Assembly: GCF_009914755.1 (NCBI RefSeq) | Contig: NC_060925.1 | DNA: 64,000 nt | Origin: the human T2T-CHM13v2.0 reference genome, Homo sapiens | Reading direction: 5' to 3' (one strand) | Part shown: positions 37,956 through 50,739 of the stretch, piece by piece | Position numbering within the stretch: position 1 is the first letter of the stretch | Layout: each line of letters starts with the position of its first letter | The notes under the pieces: model-generated | What the model saw: the letters and a program-made list of their open reading frames with translations, nothing else | Databases searched by the model: none | Told to the model about the DNA's origin: nothing | Position numbers and translations under genes: made by a program

Positions 37956-39174
37956 GCTAGAAGGTGGGCTTTCATCTACCCCAGACTGCAGGCAGCAGAG
38001 GCCCCAGAACACGGCCAGGCCTGAGACTAGTCCCCACCTCCCCTCTCCCCGGGAGGCCCTTGGTGGCCAGCAGCAAGGACCTCAGGGATGTTTCTGGCTT
38101 CAGCTGTATCCTTTTGACTTTAAGATCCATGCAACAAACTAAAATAGAGAAACCTTGATTTACTGGGGGTTCACTTAAGATCAAAACAAGAGGAAGCTTG
38201 AGACCACAGCTTCTTCTATCAGGATGTCCTCCTCCAACTCCTGCCTGACATCCAGAGCCCCAAGTGTCCCCACCTGACTGACTATTGACTTCCCTCAGCC
38301 CTTACTTTTTCTTCCTGAGGGCCCTCCTCAGCCCCATCCTCCTTCTCCAAGACGCTCCTGCCACTGCCTTCAGGCCCCTCACCACCTCCACCAGGAGCAT
38401 CTCTCTCTCAAATCCCTGCATCTCTTCCTCCATGTTTTTCAGGCCTCCAGTGCCTGAAGGCGGAGCTGAACTCTGAAGACATTTAGATCTTTAGCCATCA
38501 GTCTGAGGAGAAATCTGCATTTATTTTTTTTCTGAGGTTTTCTGAGTCTAATGAGAGAGAAGAATCAATTCAGCCACTCAAACAGTTTTGTAAAGCACAG
38601 CACCAAAGTGCTTTAATACTTTAGGAAAATGCCCACTGGCCTCCCTATTTGAGGACTTGTTCTCCTGCCTCTGTCCCTGCCATAGCAGGTTCCCCATGGA
38701 AATGGGTTGGGCTCCAGCTCCAGACCGCTGGGATTACCTTCAAAGCCCTGGATACTCATCTCCCCTCAGGTCCTTTGGTGTTGCTGCTGCTGCCAAGCTG
38801 TTTCCAGGGCATGGCAGCCAGGATCCCTGACAAGTCTCCTGATTCCCAGCCAGCCGCAGCTCCTCGTCAGTCTGTCGCCAGCTGTTGCCCCACCTTTCTT
38901 GCCCCTCCACCCTGATCTTCCAGCCCGCTTCATTATCCAGACCATTTCTGCTTTTCACCCTCCACTGACTCCCCACAGGCTTCAATTAGTAATTTTAAAT
39001 GGTCACCAATTTTCCTTAAGCCTTGAGCAGTAATGGAGATTTAGGTCTAAATTAAAATTTGCTAATTTAAAAGCATTTGCCCACTAATCGGCTGCTGAAG
39101 TGCAATCACTTGGCCGCTGCATCTCAGGGCTGTCCTCTCATGGCCTCCTGCCTCTGTCCCTGGAAGGGTTAACC

Positions 39175-39369
39175 CAGTGGTTCTCAACTCAGGGGATTTT
39201 GCCCCTCAGGGGACATTAGGCAACGTCTGGAGACACTTTTGGTTGCCTTGGGGAGGGAGGTGCTACTGGCATTAGTGGGTAGAGGCCTGGGATACTGCTA
39301 AACACCCTACAATGCAGAGGACAGTCCCCCACAACGGAGAATTATCAGTGCTGAGTTTAAGAAACCCTA
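39175..39369 (+). mobile_element. MER20 (hAT-Charlie)
   Basis: cagtggttctcaac...gattttgcccctcaggggacatt...ctggagaca...gctactggcat.agtgggtagaggcc...aagaaacccta. Confidence 0.9.
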
Positions 39370-39489
39370 GATATAGAAAACTCCCAGGCTTTTCCCCAAG
39401 AAACCTTTCCTTGCACAGCCCTGCATTCTCCAGAACAGGCCTCGAAGCTTTTGTTTCTAGGGGTCTGGAGGCTTCGATGTATAACATGA

Positions 39490-39930
39490 TCTCCCTAGAT
39501 GTTCTAGATCTGTTTTCTTTGGCCTGTATAATGTTTGTTTGTTTGAATTGATCCAATATTTAAGACCATCAAGACATTTTGCAAGAAAATCTGAGTTTAC
39601 AGTTTGTCTTTAAAAGTGGAAGATAGGTTAACATTTGTCCCTAATTCCCAGTTGGCAGCATTCAGTGGGAGTTGAGTAGCAGCTCCCCATGCCCCTTGAC
39701 ATCTGTCCCATTCACCTCAGTCTTCACCACTCTCTATTACTCTCTGACTTTGAGTATTACTTGCTATTTATTATCGTGTTTACACTGCTGTTTTCTTATG
39801 GCAGAGGAATACTTCTCCACATACCTCAATTAAAAGTGGGAAAATAAAAGATAGACCGGGGCTGCACCCAGAGCCGTCAGTCATTTTTATTACCCGCCTT
39901 ACTCTGTGGGCATTTGGCTGTGTCATCCCA
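39490..39930. mobile_element. MER102/Charlie4-like DNA transposon relic
   Basis: ggagttgagtagcagctcccc, caccactctctatt and taaaagtgggaaaataaaagatagacc motifs. Confidence 0.55.
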
Positions 39931-40136
39931 TGTGGTTCCTGCCTGGGCAAGTGACTGAACTTTTTGACCCTGGTCGAATCCTTCCCAGGTCAGCTCTGTA
40001 GACTCACAAAATGCTGGCAAGTGGGTAGGAGGCAACTCTTACACTCTTTTCTCAGTTACAAGTTTCCTGCTGGGACGTGGGGCTTATGAGGACTGGAGTT
40101 CCCAGTACATCCATGCCCTACTCCCAACTTCTAACA

Positions 40137-40356
40137 CAGGGGGCGGCAGACTATGGCCCATAGGCTAATGCAGGCATGCTTCCTGTGTTTATACATCAAG
40201 TTTTACTGGTGCAGTCACTCTTGTCTATGTACCTATTGTCTATGGCTGCTTTCCTGCTACACTGGCAGAATTCAGTAGTTGCAACAGAATATATGGCCCA
40301 CAAAGCCTAAAATAGTTACTATCTGGTTTTTCATAGAAAAAATTTGCAGACCCCTG
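40137..40356 (+). mobile_element. MER58A, full length, perfect 8-bp TSD
   Basis: caggggg...tattgtctatggctgctttc...aaagcctaaaata...tttgcagacccctg; TSD ttctaaca at 40129-40136 and 40357-40364. Confidence 0.9.
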
Positions 40357-40369
40357 TTCTAACATTTCA

Positions 40370-40660
40370 GTACTTCCCATTTGTATATACCTTGCCGTTC
40401 ACAAAGCACTTTTTTGATCCTTCCAACAATCCCATGATGTGGGCAGGGCAAGGATTATGAAAGGTACAAGCAAACACTTTTGAGCGTCAGTTGGGTGCCA
40501 AGTGCTGGGCTCTGGCTTTTTACCTGCACTTCCTCACAGCAGCCTTGTGAAGTAATTATTTTAACTTTACAGATGACACAACAGAAGCTCAGAGAGGTTA
40601 ACTGATAGGCCCAAGTTCACCCTGGAGTCTGGCTCCATGCCAGGCATCTCGGTTCCCCAG
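40370..40660 (-). mobile_element. Two MIR fragments
   Basis: ttcacaaagcact...; actttacagatgacacaacagaagctcagagaggttaa. Confidence 0.7.
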
Positions 40661-41599
40661 CTTGCTTAAGGCAGCAGTCTTGACCCTTCGCTTCATAGTG
40701 GTGGAGGGTTACCATGTGTGGCACTCCGCAGAACCACTCCTGGGACGGGTGCTGGGGCTGCAGCCTTCTCTCCCCTAACCCTCACACTGGCGCTCCCTAG
40801 CAAGTGGAGAGCTGCTGCATCAAAGGCCGGCCAACTGTAGTTCATTCTTGCCACCTCCTCAAATTGCCAAAGGTTGGGCTGCCCCATGCACAGCACTCAG
40901 ACAGTACCTGACAGATACTCAACTGGAACTAGTGCTGCCAGGTAGAAACTGGTGCTGTGAATGCCAACCCTAGCTCCTTCCTAACCTGGACTGTTGGAGA
41001 TGACAGGACGAAAATGCTAGAGACCTGGGGGAAGGGATTAGGAAGGAGGGGTCTGAGCTGAGAGGAACACAGCCCGATGGCCATGAGGGAGTGGGGTCCA
41101 ACAGCCAAGGAATCGAGGCAAACAAAAAGCAACTGTGTGTTTCATTGCATGCTGCCCAGTAACCTGTGAAGGGTAACAGAGTCAAAGCTTTGAGGAGTTG
41201 TAATCCTGCCTGTAGGACAGGCCACATGGAATCTGCATACCCCTGTTGAGTATTTCTGCTACATTAACTGTGTGCATTTAGGTGTCCATGTGCAATGGTG
41301 TGTGTCTTGGCATCTGTGTTTTGTATGAACAAGTAGACCTAGCCAAACCCACGGGACCAGAAGATGGTTTCATGCATGGGAAATTATGTGAGACACCAAA
41401 AGGAAGCATCTTCCAGCCCAGCCTGCCACAATACCTGATGTCCTATTTTAGATTCATATTCTGTCTAGTACAGTAACTGGCACTGGGTAGATGCTCAGTC
41501 AATGTTAAATTGAACCCATTCTTTCAACTAGGTATGATATTTTTATAGAGATATTCGTATATTATCTTAAAGTCAAATACAAAGCTTATCTATTCTTTT

Positions 41600-42200
41600 C
41601 ATTATTATTATCCATGTGTCCAATAAAAATTGAGTGCCTACTGTGTTAATTACTTTCTTCTTCTAAAATGCAAGAATATGTTGGCATAAGGAAATAACAG
41701 TAAAAAGTCCAGGATGATAAGGGCAAGAGCCTCAAATTGTGTGCTTATGAGAGACGAAGCTGGCAAGATGAGGTGGAAGCTGTGGAAGAAGCGCTTTGAA
41801 GGCCGGGCTGGGAAGTTTGGACTTGATCCCACAGGCATTCAGTAGGGGCTGTGGCTACTTATGCATAAATGACAAAAGTAGGGATTTCAGAGGGCCAGTT
41901 GGGCATTGGCATCAGAGAGTCTGCAGGAAGAGATGTAGATGGGAGGCATATGTTACCGGGCATAATGAAGGACATTGCTTTAATACCCAGACCTTCCTGA
42001 ACACTCATCTTGGGCCCCCTACAAAGCATGTTGGGCACTGTATCTCCTGGAATACTTTCAACAACCTGTGAGACAGGTTTTCGTGTCTCCATTTTCTGGA
42101 TAAGCAACTGAAGCTCAGAGCTGGGAAGTTGCAGAGCTACTCTGCAGTGGCGGCATGCCTGGGCAAGAAGGGATACATGGCAGAGCTTGGTGGCCGGATA
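41600..42200 (-). mobile_element. L2 fragment (about 41600-41960) followed by a MIR (about 41990-42200)
   Basis: attgagtgcctactgtgt...gaagtttggacttgatcc; acaacctgtgagacagg...aactgaagctcagag. Confidence 0.6.
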
Positions 42201-42531
42201 TGTGGGAGATAAAGCTGAGCATGGATGCCCGGGGCTGTTCCAGTGCTAGGGCCAGGGAAAGTGAGAGAATCATGGGTCCAGGCCCCAAACTCTGTGCCTT
42301 GGGTGCCCCTCTTGAAGGACAGACAGGGCCACTTATCTTCCCTGGCAGAAGGCTGCTGCCTCCCCAAATCCACAATGGCTTCGGTGGTTGAGCCAGGGCA
42401 TTCAAGGTGACACTGAGGTTATAATTCAATGACAAAGCAGGTCATCTCTTTCTTACTAATTGGTCATCTTTCTTACTAATTGCTATGCAAGGCCATGGAC
42501 TGCTCTTTAGTCTGAGCTTCTCTTTGCCTTT

Positions 42532-42645
42532 GCTCAGTGCAGTAGCTATTCACAGGTACAATCATAGTGCACTACAGCCTCGAACTCCTGGGCTCAAGTG
42601 ACCCTCCCAGTAGCTGAGACTATAGGCATGCACCACCACACTGGC
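42532..42645 (-). mobile_element. FAM (fossil Alu monomer), 3'-truncated, no poly-A tail
   Basis: Reverse complement reads gcc...ttgagcccaggagttcgaggctgtagtgcactatgattgtacctgtgaatagctactgcact, with the 7SL/FAM-specific CCTGTGAATAGC; TSD ctctttgccttt at 42520-42531 and 42646-42657. Confidence 0.85.
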
Positions 42646-42782
42646 CTCTTTGCCTTTTGAAAATTCTGTAAACCCACTCCCTTCCCCCATTCCCACAATG
42701 CATTTCTCACCACAGAATTTTTATACCATGATGATGAAGGCTAGGTTTGGTGAGAAGTCTCCTTGCTTCCAGAGATCAATGA

Positions 42783-42788
<6 letters not shown>

Positions 42789-42817
<29 letters not shown>
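42789..42817. repeat. (CT)n microsatellite
   Basis: Directly visible. Confidence 0.95.
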
Positions 42818-42822
<5 letters not shown>

Positions 42823-43629
42823 CCTGGAAAAATGCCATCCCTTTACTCACTGGGCCTGGGGAGCCCGACATGATGTAAACCAAAATAAAATGAAATGGCT
42901 TCATTATCTGCCAGAGAAAGATGATTAAACTGGTCTACTTTGTGTGCTGATGAGCTATCTCTGAACTATGTGTCCATTATCGCTTTCTGTCTGGATTAGA
43001 ATGACAGTATGAACAGTCTGTGGGTTAATTAGTTTCTTGGAAAGTTTATTCATTTCTCCCTTTCCCTGTTCTGTAGTCATAGAGCAATTCATACTGAGTC
43101 AAAATGCTCAGCTTCTGTTCCACATGATCAGAACCAAACATGCATCAACTTGACGTCCATCACAGCCGATGAACAGCCAGGTGGTGTCCCTCCCCCTTCT
43201 TCCACAGCCTTGTCACCAACACTGCCAACAGAGCCTCCACCAGGCATGGACAACTGCAGCTTAGTGGGCCTGATCCACACAGCTACTTCCCCTTGGCTCC
43301 TTGGAGAGGATGGACGGAGTTGACAATGCACTTGCCCTTCTTTTTCTTACTTCCATTCAAATCCACAATTGTCTTCAGGGTTTAACCAAACAGTCACCAT
43401 ACCCAGGAAGATTAGCTGTGCATCCATTCTGATCACAAAGTTGGTGCAAATCTTCTTCCCTCACCACAGTTCTAACTACAGCTTTCTTTTTGTTTTGTCA
43501 AAATATTTTGTTTAATAAATACATTTTATTTTGTAATTACTCTAGTAATCAAAGCTTATAAAATGTTTTCAAAGATCCTAAAGTTGCATTGACTGGTGTT
43601 AGAAGAGAGGAGAAGTCACCTATCTTTTT

Positions 43630-43950
43630 AGAAGAAAATACAACAAATTAGATGAAATAAACGAATTCCTTATAAAGCCAAACTTAATATGCTCACAAAA
43701 CAAAATATAGAAGATATGAAATGTTGATGGTAACCATTAAAAGAATGTATTTTTTAAAAGCTGACTGAGAAAAATATATATAACATAAAAAGTAAAAATA
43801 TATATGATCGATCCAAAAAAAGCAGAAAGAGAAAAGTTTTTAAAAAATATTTAACATTTTTAGATATCAAGCTAACTACAGGTTTCTCAAACGTAATGAT
43901 TAAGGCCCAGAGTGCAGACGCTGGTGCCTTTTTGCTTTCTGAGTTCAAAG
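43630..43950 (+). mobile_element. Decayed L1 ORF2-region fragment
   Basis: acaaattagatgaaataaacgaattcct...aaaatatagaagatatgaa resembles L1 ORF2 nucleotide motifs; A-rich. Confidence 0.55.
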
Positions 43951-44369
43951 GTGATTATACATGTGTATACTTTCTTTTTTTGGTTGCTTGCATATCTGCT
44001 AATGTGAACTTTTTTATTTTTATTTTTAGCCATTTTGTAGGTGTGTTTTTTCTGCCCCAGTTGTATCACAAATTCCTGTGGGGCAAGACCCACATCTAAT
44101 TATCTTCTGCTTCCAACACTGCCTAACATGTGTGGTACACAGCTGAGTAGGCAGATGCTCCAATGTGTTCCCTACCTCACAGAGCTTGGAAGTATCAAAT
44201 GGAGCCTCAGGGCAAGGTTCTGGAGCAGATGCTGGGGCAAATCCTGGCTCTCCCACCTACTTAGCTATGTGAACTGATCAACTCATTTCAGTTCCTTGTT
44301 GCTTCCCTGTTTGCACATGCATACAATAGAGATAATAATGGTGACCTCATTGGTTCCTTGTGCAGATTT

Positions 44370-44710
44370 CATGGGTCCCCAGCCTTTTTGGCAGGAGGGA
44401 CCAGTTTCATGGAAGAGATTTTTCCATGGATGGTGGGGGTTAGAGGGAGGAAATGGTTTCAGGATGAAACTGTTCCACCTCAGATCATCAGGCATTAGAT
44501 TCTCATAAGGAGCTTGCAACCTGGATCCCTCGCATGCACAGCTCACAACAGGGTTCCCCCTCCTGTGAGAATCGAATGCCCCCACTGATCTGACAAGGGG
44601 CCGAGCTCAGGCGGTGATGCTGGCTGGCCCACCACTCACCTCCTGCTGTGTGGCCAGGTTCCTAACTTTACTTCTTACCAGTCTCCAGCCCAGGGGGATG
44701 GGGACCCCTG
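44370..44710 (-). mobile_element. MER1B (hAT-Charlie) inserted in a MIR
   Basis: ggtttcaggatgaaactgttccacctcagatcatcaggcattagattctcataaggag...ggggacccctg. Confidence 0.9.
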
Positions 44711-45157
44711 GGCTAAGGCATAGAGAGTTCCTAGAAGAGAACTTCACACAGTAAACACTTAATCCATGCTTACACAGACCTCAGAATCCTGTAGACACGC
44801 AGCACTGTGCTCCCTCCCCTTGGCCCTCCCCTCCTTCTGGATGTACCATATCTGATTTGGCCAGTGAAGTGGCCAGACTGCAGAGGACACGGTGAGCCCA
44901 GCAGGGCCCCAGCATGCCTCATTCTTTCCGCCTTCTTAACCTGGGGGAGGAATGTCACCCACAAAGTCCTGGAGAGACCTTGGGAACTCTGACTGGTTCC
45001 CAGAGTTCTAGCTACTCCTGGAAATCGCCCGGCCAGGCAGTTCTTTACATTTCTACTCATTCCTCCTCTCTGTGCCCCTGAAACCAATCTGCTGTTCCCT
45101 CTGAAGTCACCCCTGCCAGCACCTATGAAAGCCTCATTAATTGAAAAGAAAAGAACC

Positions 45158-45170
45158 ATGACTCAGCAAT
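45158..45170 (+). promoter_or_regulatory. Full NRF2/BACH1-sMAF antioxidant response element motif (contains an AP-1 site)
   Basis: ATGACTCAGCAAT matches the extended consensus; occupancy unknown. Confidence 0.5.
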
Positions 45171-47941
45171 GGTGGTCCTGGAACCTGACTGAAATTCCCG
45201 ACAGATATTTATTACAAAAGCATTTCTCTTTATATAACAATTTAATCAGGCTGAGGTGTGATAAGCAGGGAGGCAGCCACTAAACAAGGCTGTTAACGCA
45301 GAGGAATCGTCTCCTGCTGATGGATGCAGTGTAGGCATGGCCATTCATTAGAAATTAAAGCAGAACCGAAATTTGCTGCCTGGTGGCATGGAGTGCTGTT
45401 GTTACAGCTTAACACAGCCATTTCCTGTGTACTGCCAGGCCAACATATGCAAAGCGGCCTCCCGCCCCTGCGCCAGCTGTAATCCAGAGAAAATATCACT
45501 TTAATAAGGTTTCTCCACAGCCATGGGCAATTGACCTTAGAGACACTTGATTTTCCTGGAGCCACAGGTTGGAGGCAGCAGGAAGAAGGGGATAGAAGGC
45601 AGCTGAGGAAGAGAGAGACAAGCTTCTTCTGGGGATGAAAGGAAAGACTATGCCTTTGAAAAGAAGGCAAGCTCTTCCCACCCCTGGTGCTTGGAATAAC
45701 TTTCCACTCAATAATGCCACAGTGGTTTCCTCTCCTCCATCAGAGGTTCACTAATACTCCTCTGTGTGTTTCTTATGTCATTGTTATCCTAAAGGCAAGG
45801 GGATGTTAACAGAAAGAGAGGGACACAGTTGCTAAGAGCCCAGGAGCAGGCATTGCTAGCTCAGGGACTCATGAATGTGCGCATTCCAGGCAAGGAAACA
45901 ACCGGTCAATCTCAAGGGCAGGGTCTTTGTCTCTTCTGATGGACATCTTCACGTGCTATTAATGTAGGCGTTCTGGGACTCAACTGAGTCTTTGCCCAAC
46001 TGAGTCCTGAGCACATCCCTTGCCTTCAAAAGCACAGCAGGTGGCTTATTTATCTTTGTATCACCAGTCACTAGAATAATGTCGAACACACAGTAGGTGC
46101 CCAATAAGGCAATTTTTTTGATGAAATGGATGAATATATGAGCCAAGCAGAATGTTTAGGGTTGGTTATTTTCTCTTCATAAAATTCTTCACTCTTCTAA
46201 GCATCACCCAGTGTTCTCTCAAACATTCAGAGTCTCTAATACATTTAAAATCCAATTTGACTCAATCTGCCCATCTCTCCCCTTGAACACAATCAGATTT
46301 ATATGTGACTTTTTAGGGCAGTCCTATTTCATAAAGTAATAGGTTCTTGTATTAAAGTTCTTGATGGAATCTCAACATTTAGAAGCACAGATAGCACGTC
46401 ACCATCTGTACATCCAGGTTGTGATAGGAAAAAGGGAGGGAGTACATTTTCCTAGGATTCCCTTCAGTTCCAAGTACAGGGTGCTAGCTGGAGGGCAGAT
46501 TTTCCAACAATTACCCAATGCCAGACTTTGTCAGTGAGCTTCCTGAGCTTTGGTACCAAGGTCAGGAAGCCTCCAGGAACAAAAGCAAAAACAAAAGGAA
46601 GGATGTCAGCACCACCTTCCCTGCTGAAAAATCAAATGCCCATCATAAAAGTCTATTAGGATCCACTGATTAAGCCAGAAGCAACTGTATCATTTGCAAA
46701 CAACAACAATTTATTAGTCTAAACGCATCTGAATGTCGTCCCCATCCATGGACTTACCAGACAATTAATTACAGCACAAAGTTGGAAGAACAAAATATAG
46801 CTCATAAAATCAAATAGCATTCTTATTCATGATATTCAAGTTTATGCCTGGTCTCAGAAATTTAGAGCAAGGGTCAGTGCCTGCAAGTACAAATCCACAG
46901 AGACCTTTCAGGGAGATCTTGCTTTGTGTGGTGGGTTTTTCTTGCCAATCTGACTTCCTCTCTGCTTTGAGCTGCTCCAAAGTAATCACCTTGCTAAGCC
47001 TTAAGTGACAGGCTGTGTATAGTCCTGGCTTTCAAGGAGTTAAGAGTTGAGCATCAGAGAAAAGCCAGATACAAAGAGCCACAATACAAGGAAGAGAGTG
47101 GACCATGTTGTACAAGGCACAGGCAAAGTGAGCTGGAACAACTTGGAGCACCTTCTAGCTGGAAAATCAGGGGGAATTCAAGAAGGAGATGGTCTTCAAG
47201 CTTAGTCTTTAATGCCTAGCTTCTGGCTGCACCTACGCATCTGCCAGCTGCTCCGCATGACACAGGAGCCAGAGGAATGGCTGCTGGGGCTGCTCACTCT
47301 ATGTCCAGAGGCCGCTCTAGATTCAGCCAAACTCCCAAGGCTCACGCCTTCAGATCATCTCTGGCTTCCTTTTCAGAAGAGCTTAACTTTCACCCATGTC
47401 AACTTTCCGGCTGCTTCTGGACTCAGCCTCTGGCTCCCTCTGAAACATACATAATAGGAAGCCTGTCTGGAGAATTAGCAACCAGCAGCATGAAACTGTT
47501 CTCAAAAGATGTTCACTCAATTTACATGATGTATTTCTATTGTACAATAGGTTCTACGAAGCACATACACTTATCAAGTTATTTTCTTTCCTATCACACT
47601 TTATGTCACATCTTAAATACTTTACCTCATGGATAAAATATATTGGGTTTTGTTTTTCTTTGGGTTTTTAGAGCATTTTGTTCTATAAGAGTCAACATTC
47701 TTAACTGCTGAAATATCATTTATCGAAAGCAGGTGAGGTCTACCCATGCTGGATATATTTTCTTCTACTGTATCTGTCTTTTGGCCAAGACTCCTACAAA
47801 CACACTAGACGGCATTACCTCCTAGTTACACTTGGCCAAAGCCTTCCCCAGGCCTCATTACTGGAAAGGAAGCACATTTAAAGGCGGGTAGGTTTAGACA
47901 CCCATGGCATTAGCGGCATTGCTGACAGAGGGGCATGGAGG

Positions 47942-48381
47942 TGTGCCTAAGTTCAGGTTCCCCAAGATTCAAGGTGCAAGGATCCTGTTAGGGAAAACAC
48001 CTGTGTGAAAGAAAAAAAGAAAGTGGTGGTGATGTTGGGGGAGTCGAGGAACCGGGGAGATATGTCAGACCAATGCAAATCTGACCCAGAGTAAAGGAGA
48101 GAGGGAGAGAAAATGAGGTGAAAGTGTCCTGGACTGCCAGGCAGTCTAAAGCCATTGGGAAGTGCTTGAGCCAAAGTAAGCCAATAAAGGAGACACCTGT
48201 CTCCCAGGGCTGGGTCTACCTCAGTATCCCTGCTGTGGCTTATCGCTGGGCAGGAGCAGACTGTGGAAAGCATGGCCTCAATGCAGAAGTGGCTGTCAAT
48301 TCCTGAGTGCAGTGGCTGGGACCCTGTCAACTGCTCTTTCTGTAGAAGGAGGTCTGCGAGGCCCCTTCTCTGGCTGCCACA
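47942..48381 (-). mobile_element. Old ERVL-type LTR (subfamily uncertain)
   Basis: Starts tgtgcctaagttcaggttccc...acacctgtg and ends ggctgccaca (TG...CA termini). Confidence 0.55.
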
Positions 48382-50739
48382 AGGTGAGAATTATACCTAA
48401 AGGAGGAGCTGTTAATCAGAGGTCAGGATACACTCTGCAGCCCCTTTCAAGGTGTAGGACATGTCCCTAGCCCAAGGGGCTCTCAGGAGACCCTGATGGC
48501 CCTCTGCCCTCCTCCCACTCTCAAATACTCTTTCAGTTCAAACATCTTAGAGTCCACACTAGAGCTTACTTGACCTTAGGATGGTTAGCTCTACTGAATG
48601 GAAGTGCCCTTGGGTGAAGGAACAAATTAAACTTTTCTGTCAGTTAGTCCTCAAGGTTAAATAAGCATCTGAATCATGTCCTGATCCCAAGGAAGAGGAG
48701 AACAAAAAACCTTGGCATGGGAACCAGAGGAGAGAGATGGGGCACAATGCTCCCTACTCGGTCATTTTACCCAAGGTCAATCTTGCCTCTGATAAACCTC
48801 ATGTAGCCAGTTGTGCTTGGTGAGCCCCATACTGGCATGGGGCTCAGGTTGCCAGTGAGTGGCAGGCCTCTTGGAGGAGGTCTGAGAGAGGATGTAGAGG
48901 CTGGTTGTTTCCTTCCCTTTCTGAAATCCTATAAGCCCTTGTCCCCCACAGCTTTTCAGGCCTGAAAGTGAAGGTTGATTTAGCTGGCAGAAGTATAGAT
49001 GAAGCCCAGGAAGCTTAGAGCCCTGAGGAAGGGAAAGGAAACTGGCATGGACTGGACATCTACTCTGCAACACAATCTCCATATGTATTTATTCATTTGA
49101 CATGCAGAGCCTGTGCAGTGCTATTATTATCCCTATTTTTCAGTGAGGCCACTGAATCTCAAAGAGGTTCACTCAAGACCATGCGTGCCAAAGCCAGGGT
49201 GCAAATATGGGCCAGTCTGAGTCCAAAGCCTCTGCTGCCATCCCAAACCTAGGCCCCAGGTGTTAGGGAGGCCTTTGAAAGTTAGGAGATCCTGTCCCAC
49301 TGGACAGGGAGGCCAGGAGTGAAGCTGGGGAGCTCACATGGAAAAGCAGGTCTTCCTGTCTCAGGCAGCCCACAGGAATGGTAGTGCTTGGGCTAGGTGG
49401 GTTACCTATACATACTTGTTGAACAAGGAAGAAAGAGAGGGCCAGAGGATCCACAGTTTCCTTAAACTTCTTTGGAGCTCTCTGAACCCCCTACATTCTG
49501 CTCTGTTACTATTTTGGGGCTCATCTCATCTCCTTTTCTCGTCTCCTAGAAGGAAAGACTCACATTTGAATCATCTTTGTATCCCATAGTGCCTGGCATG
49601 TAATAGGTGCTCAGTAGATGTCTGTTGGATGAATAGACTAGTCTAGACTTTGAGGTGAGCCAGAATGGCAGGTCACATGAGGATGGGGAGGAGAGGCTGG
49701 GGTCAAGCATTTTGCCCCACATTCACGGGGCCCACTTCTTGCCCAGGCTTTCCTTGTGAGCCACAGGGATGTCATCTGGGAAGTACAGATACACTTTCTG
49801 CAACTGCTCTGAGGGCTTTCCATCAGTTTTTATACAAGTGCTTGAGCAGATCACAAGGTTCCATCAGGACTGGAACTCAAAGCAGGAATCATTTCTAGAG
49901 GTTCATTTAGCCTGGGCCTTCCTGCTGTCAAGAGCCCTACATCACCAAGTGGGAGCTGCATCTCAGGTCCTGGACCTGTCTCATGTCATATGTGCCTGAT
50001 GGCCTGGTGCTGTCAGTGAAAAAGCATCAGTGAGGCAAAACTTGTCTCTGGAGGCCCCTGGATGTCTGTCCTGTGTGACTTCTACCCTCCTCACTTCCCC
50101 ACACACATTCAGATACATACCCCCCCCTCCCTAGGCTCAGCTCAGGGCCTCCTACTTGCCTTCCTACCTTACTCCGATTTTGGCAATGCTAGCACACACC
50201 TACCCAGCTCCGAGCAATTCTCAAACTCTCCCTGGAGGAACCAGTTGTCTAAATCCAGCAATCGACCAGCTCCCCTTGCTAAAGGGAAGATGGCTCGAGC
50301 GTGCTCTGAGGTGTGATAGAAAAGTCACAGGGTTTGGCATCAGATCCAGGTAACATAGCTCTGCCTGAGGATTTATTTTAATGTGCTGCTGCCTTGGTCT
50401 CCTAAGGCACAGTACTGAGGCAAGAAAGTTTATGATGCATTGGAGGAACAGAAGGAATATCATGAATAGAGCAGAAAGAGCTAGGCAGGGAGTGGAACCA
50501 AACAGGAGGAAAAAGGCCAGCTTTCAATAAGATCATATTCCAGAAGGGACTTTGTAAGTTGTATCATGTTATATACATTCCAGAACAAAATGCACCCTCT
50601 TTCAGCATTTGAAATCCCACAAGGAAGAATCCCATGAATCCCTGTACCCCAGCATCCCCTCCCTGGGTGAGTAATGACCTGTTCCCTCCCCCGCCTTTTT
50701 CTCAGACTCTCAACAGCCTCTCCCCCACCACTCTCCCTC

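Noticed and set aside
42440-42481. Tandem duplication of about 20 bp (ggtcatct..ttcttactaatt x2); similar at about 20919-20966
   Set aside because: Ordinary slippage duplications with no further structure
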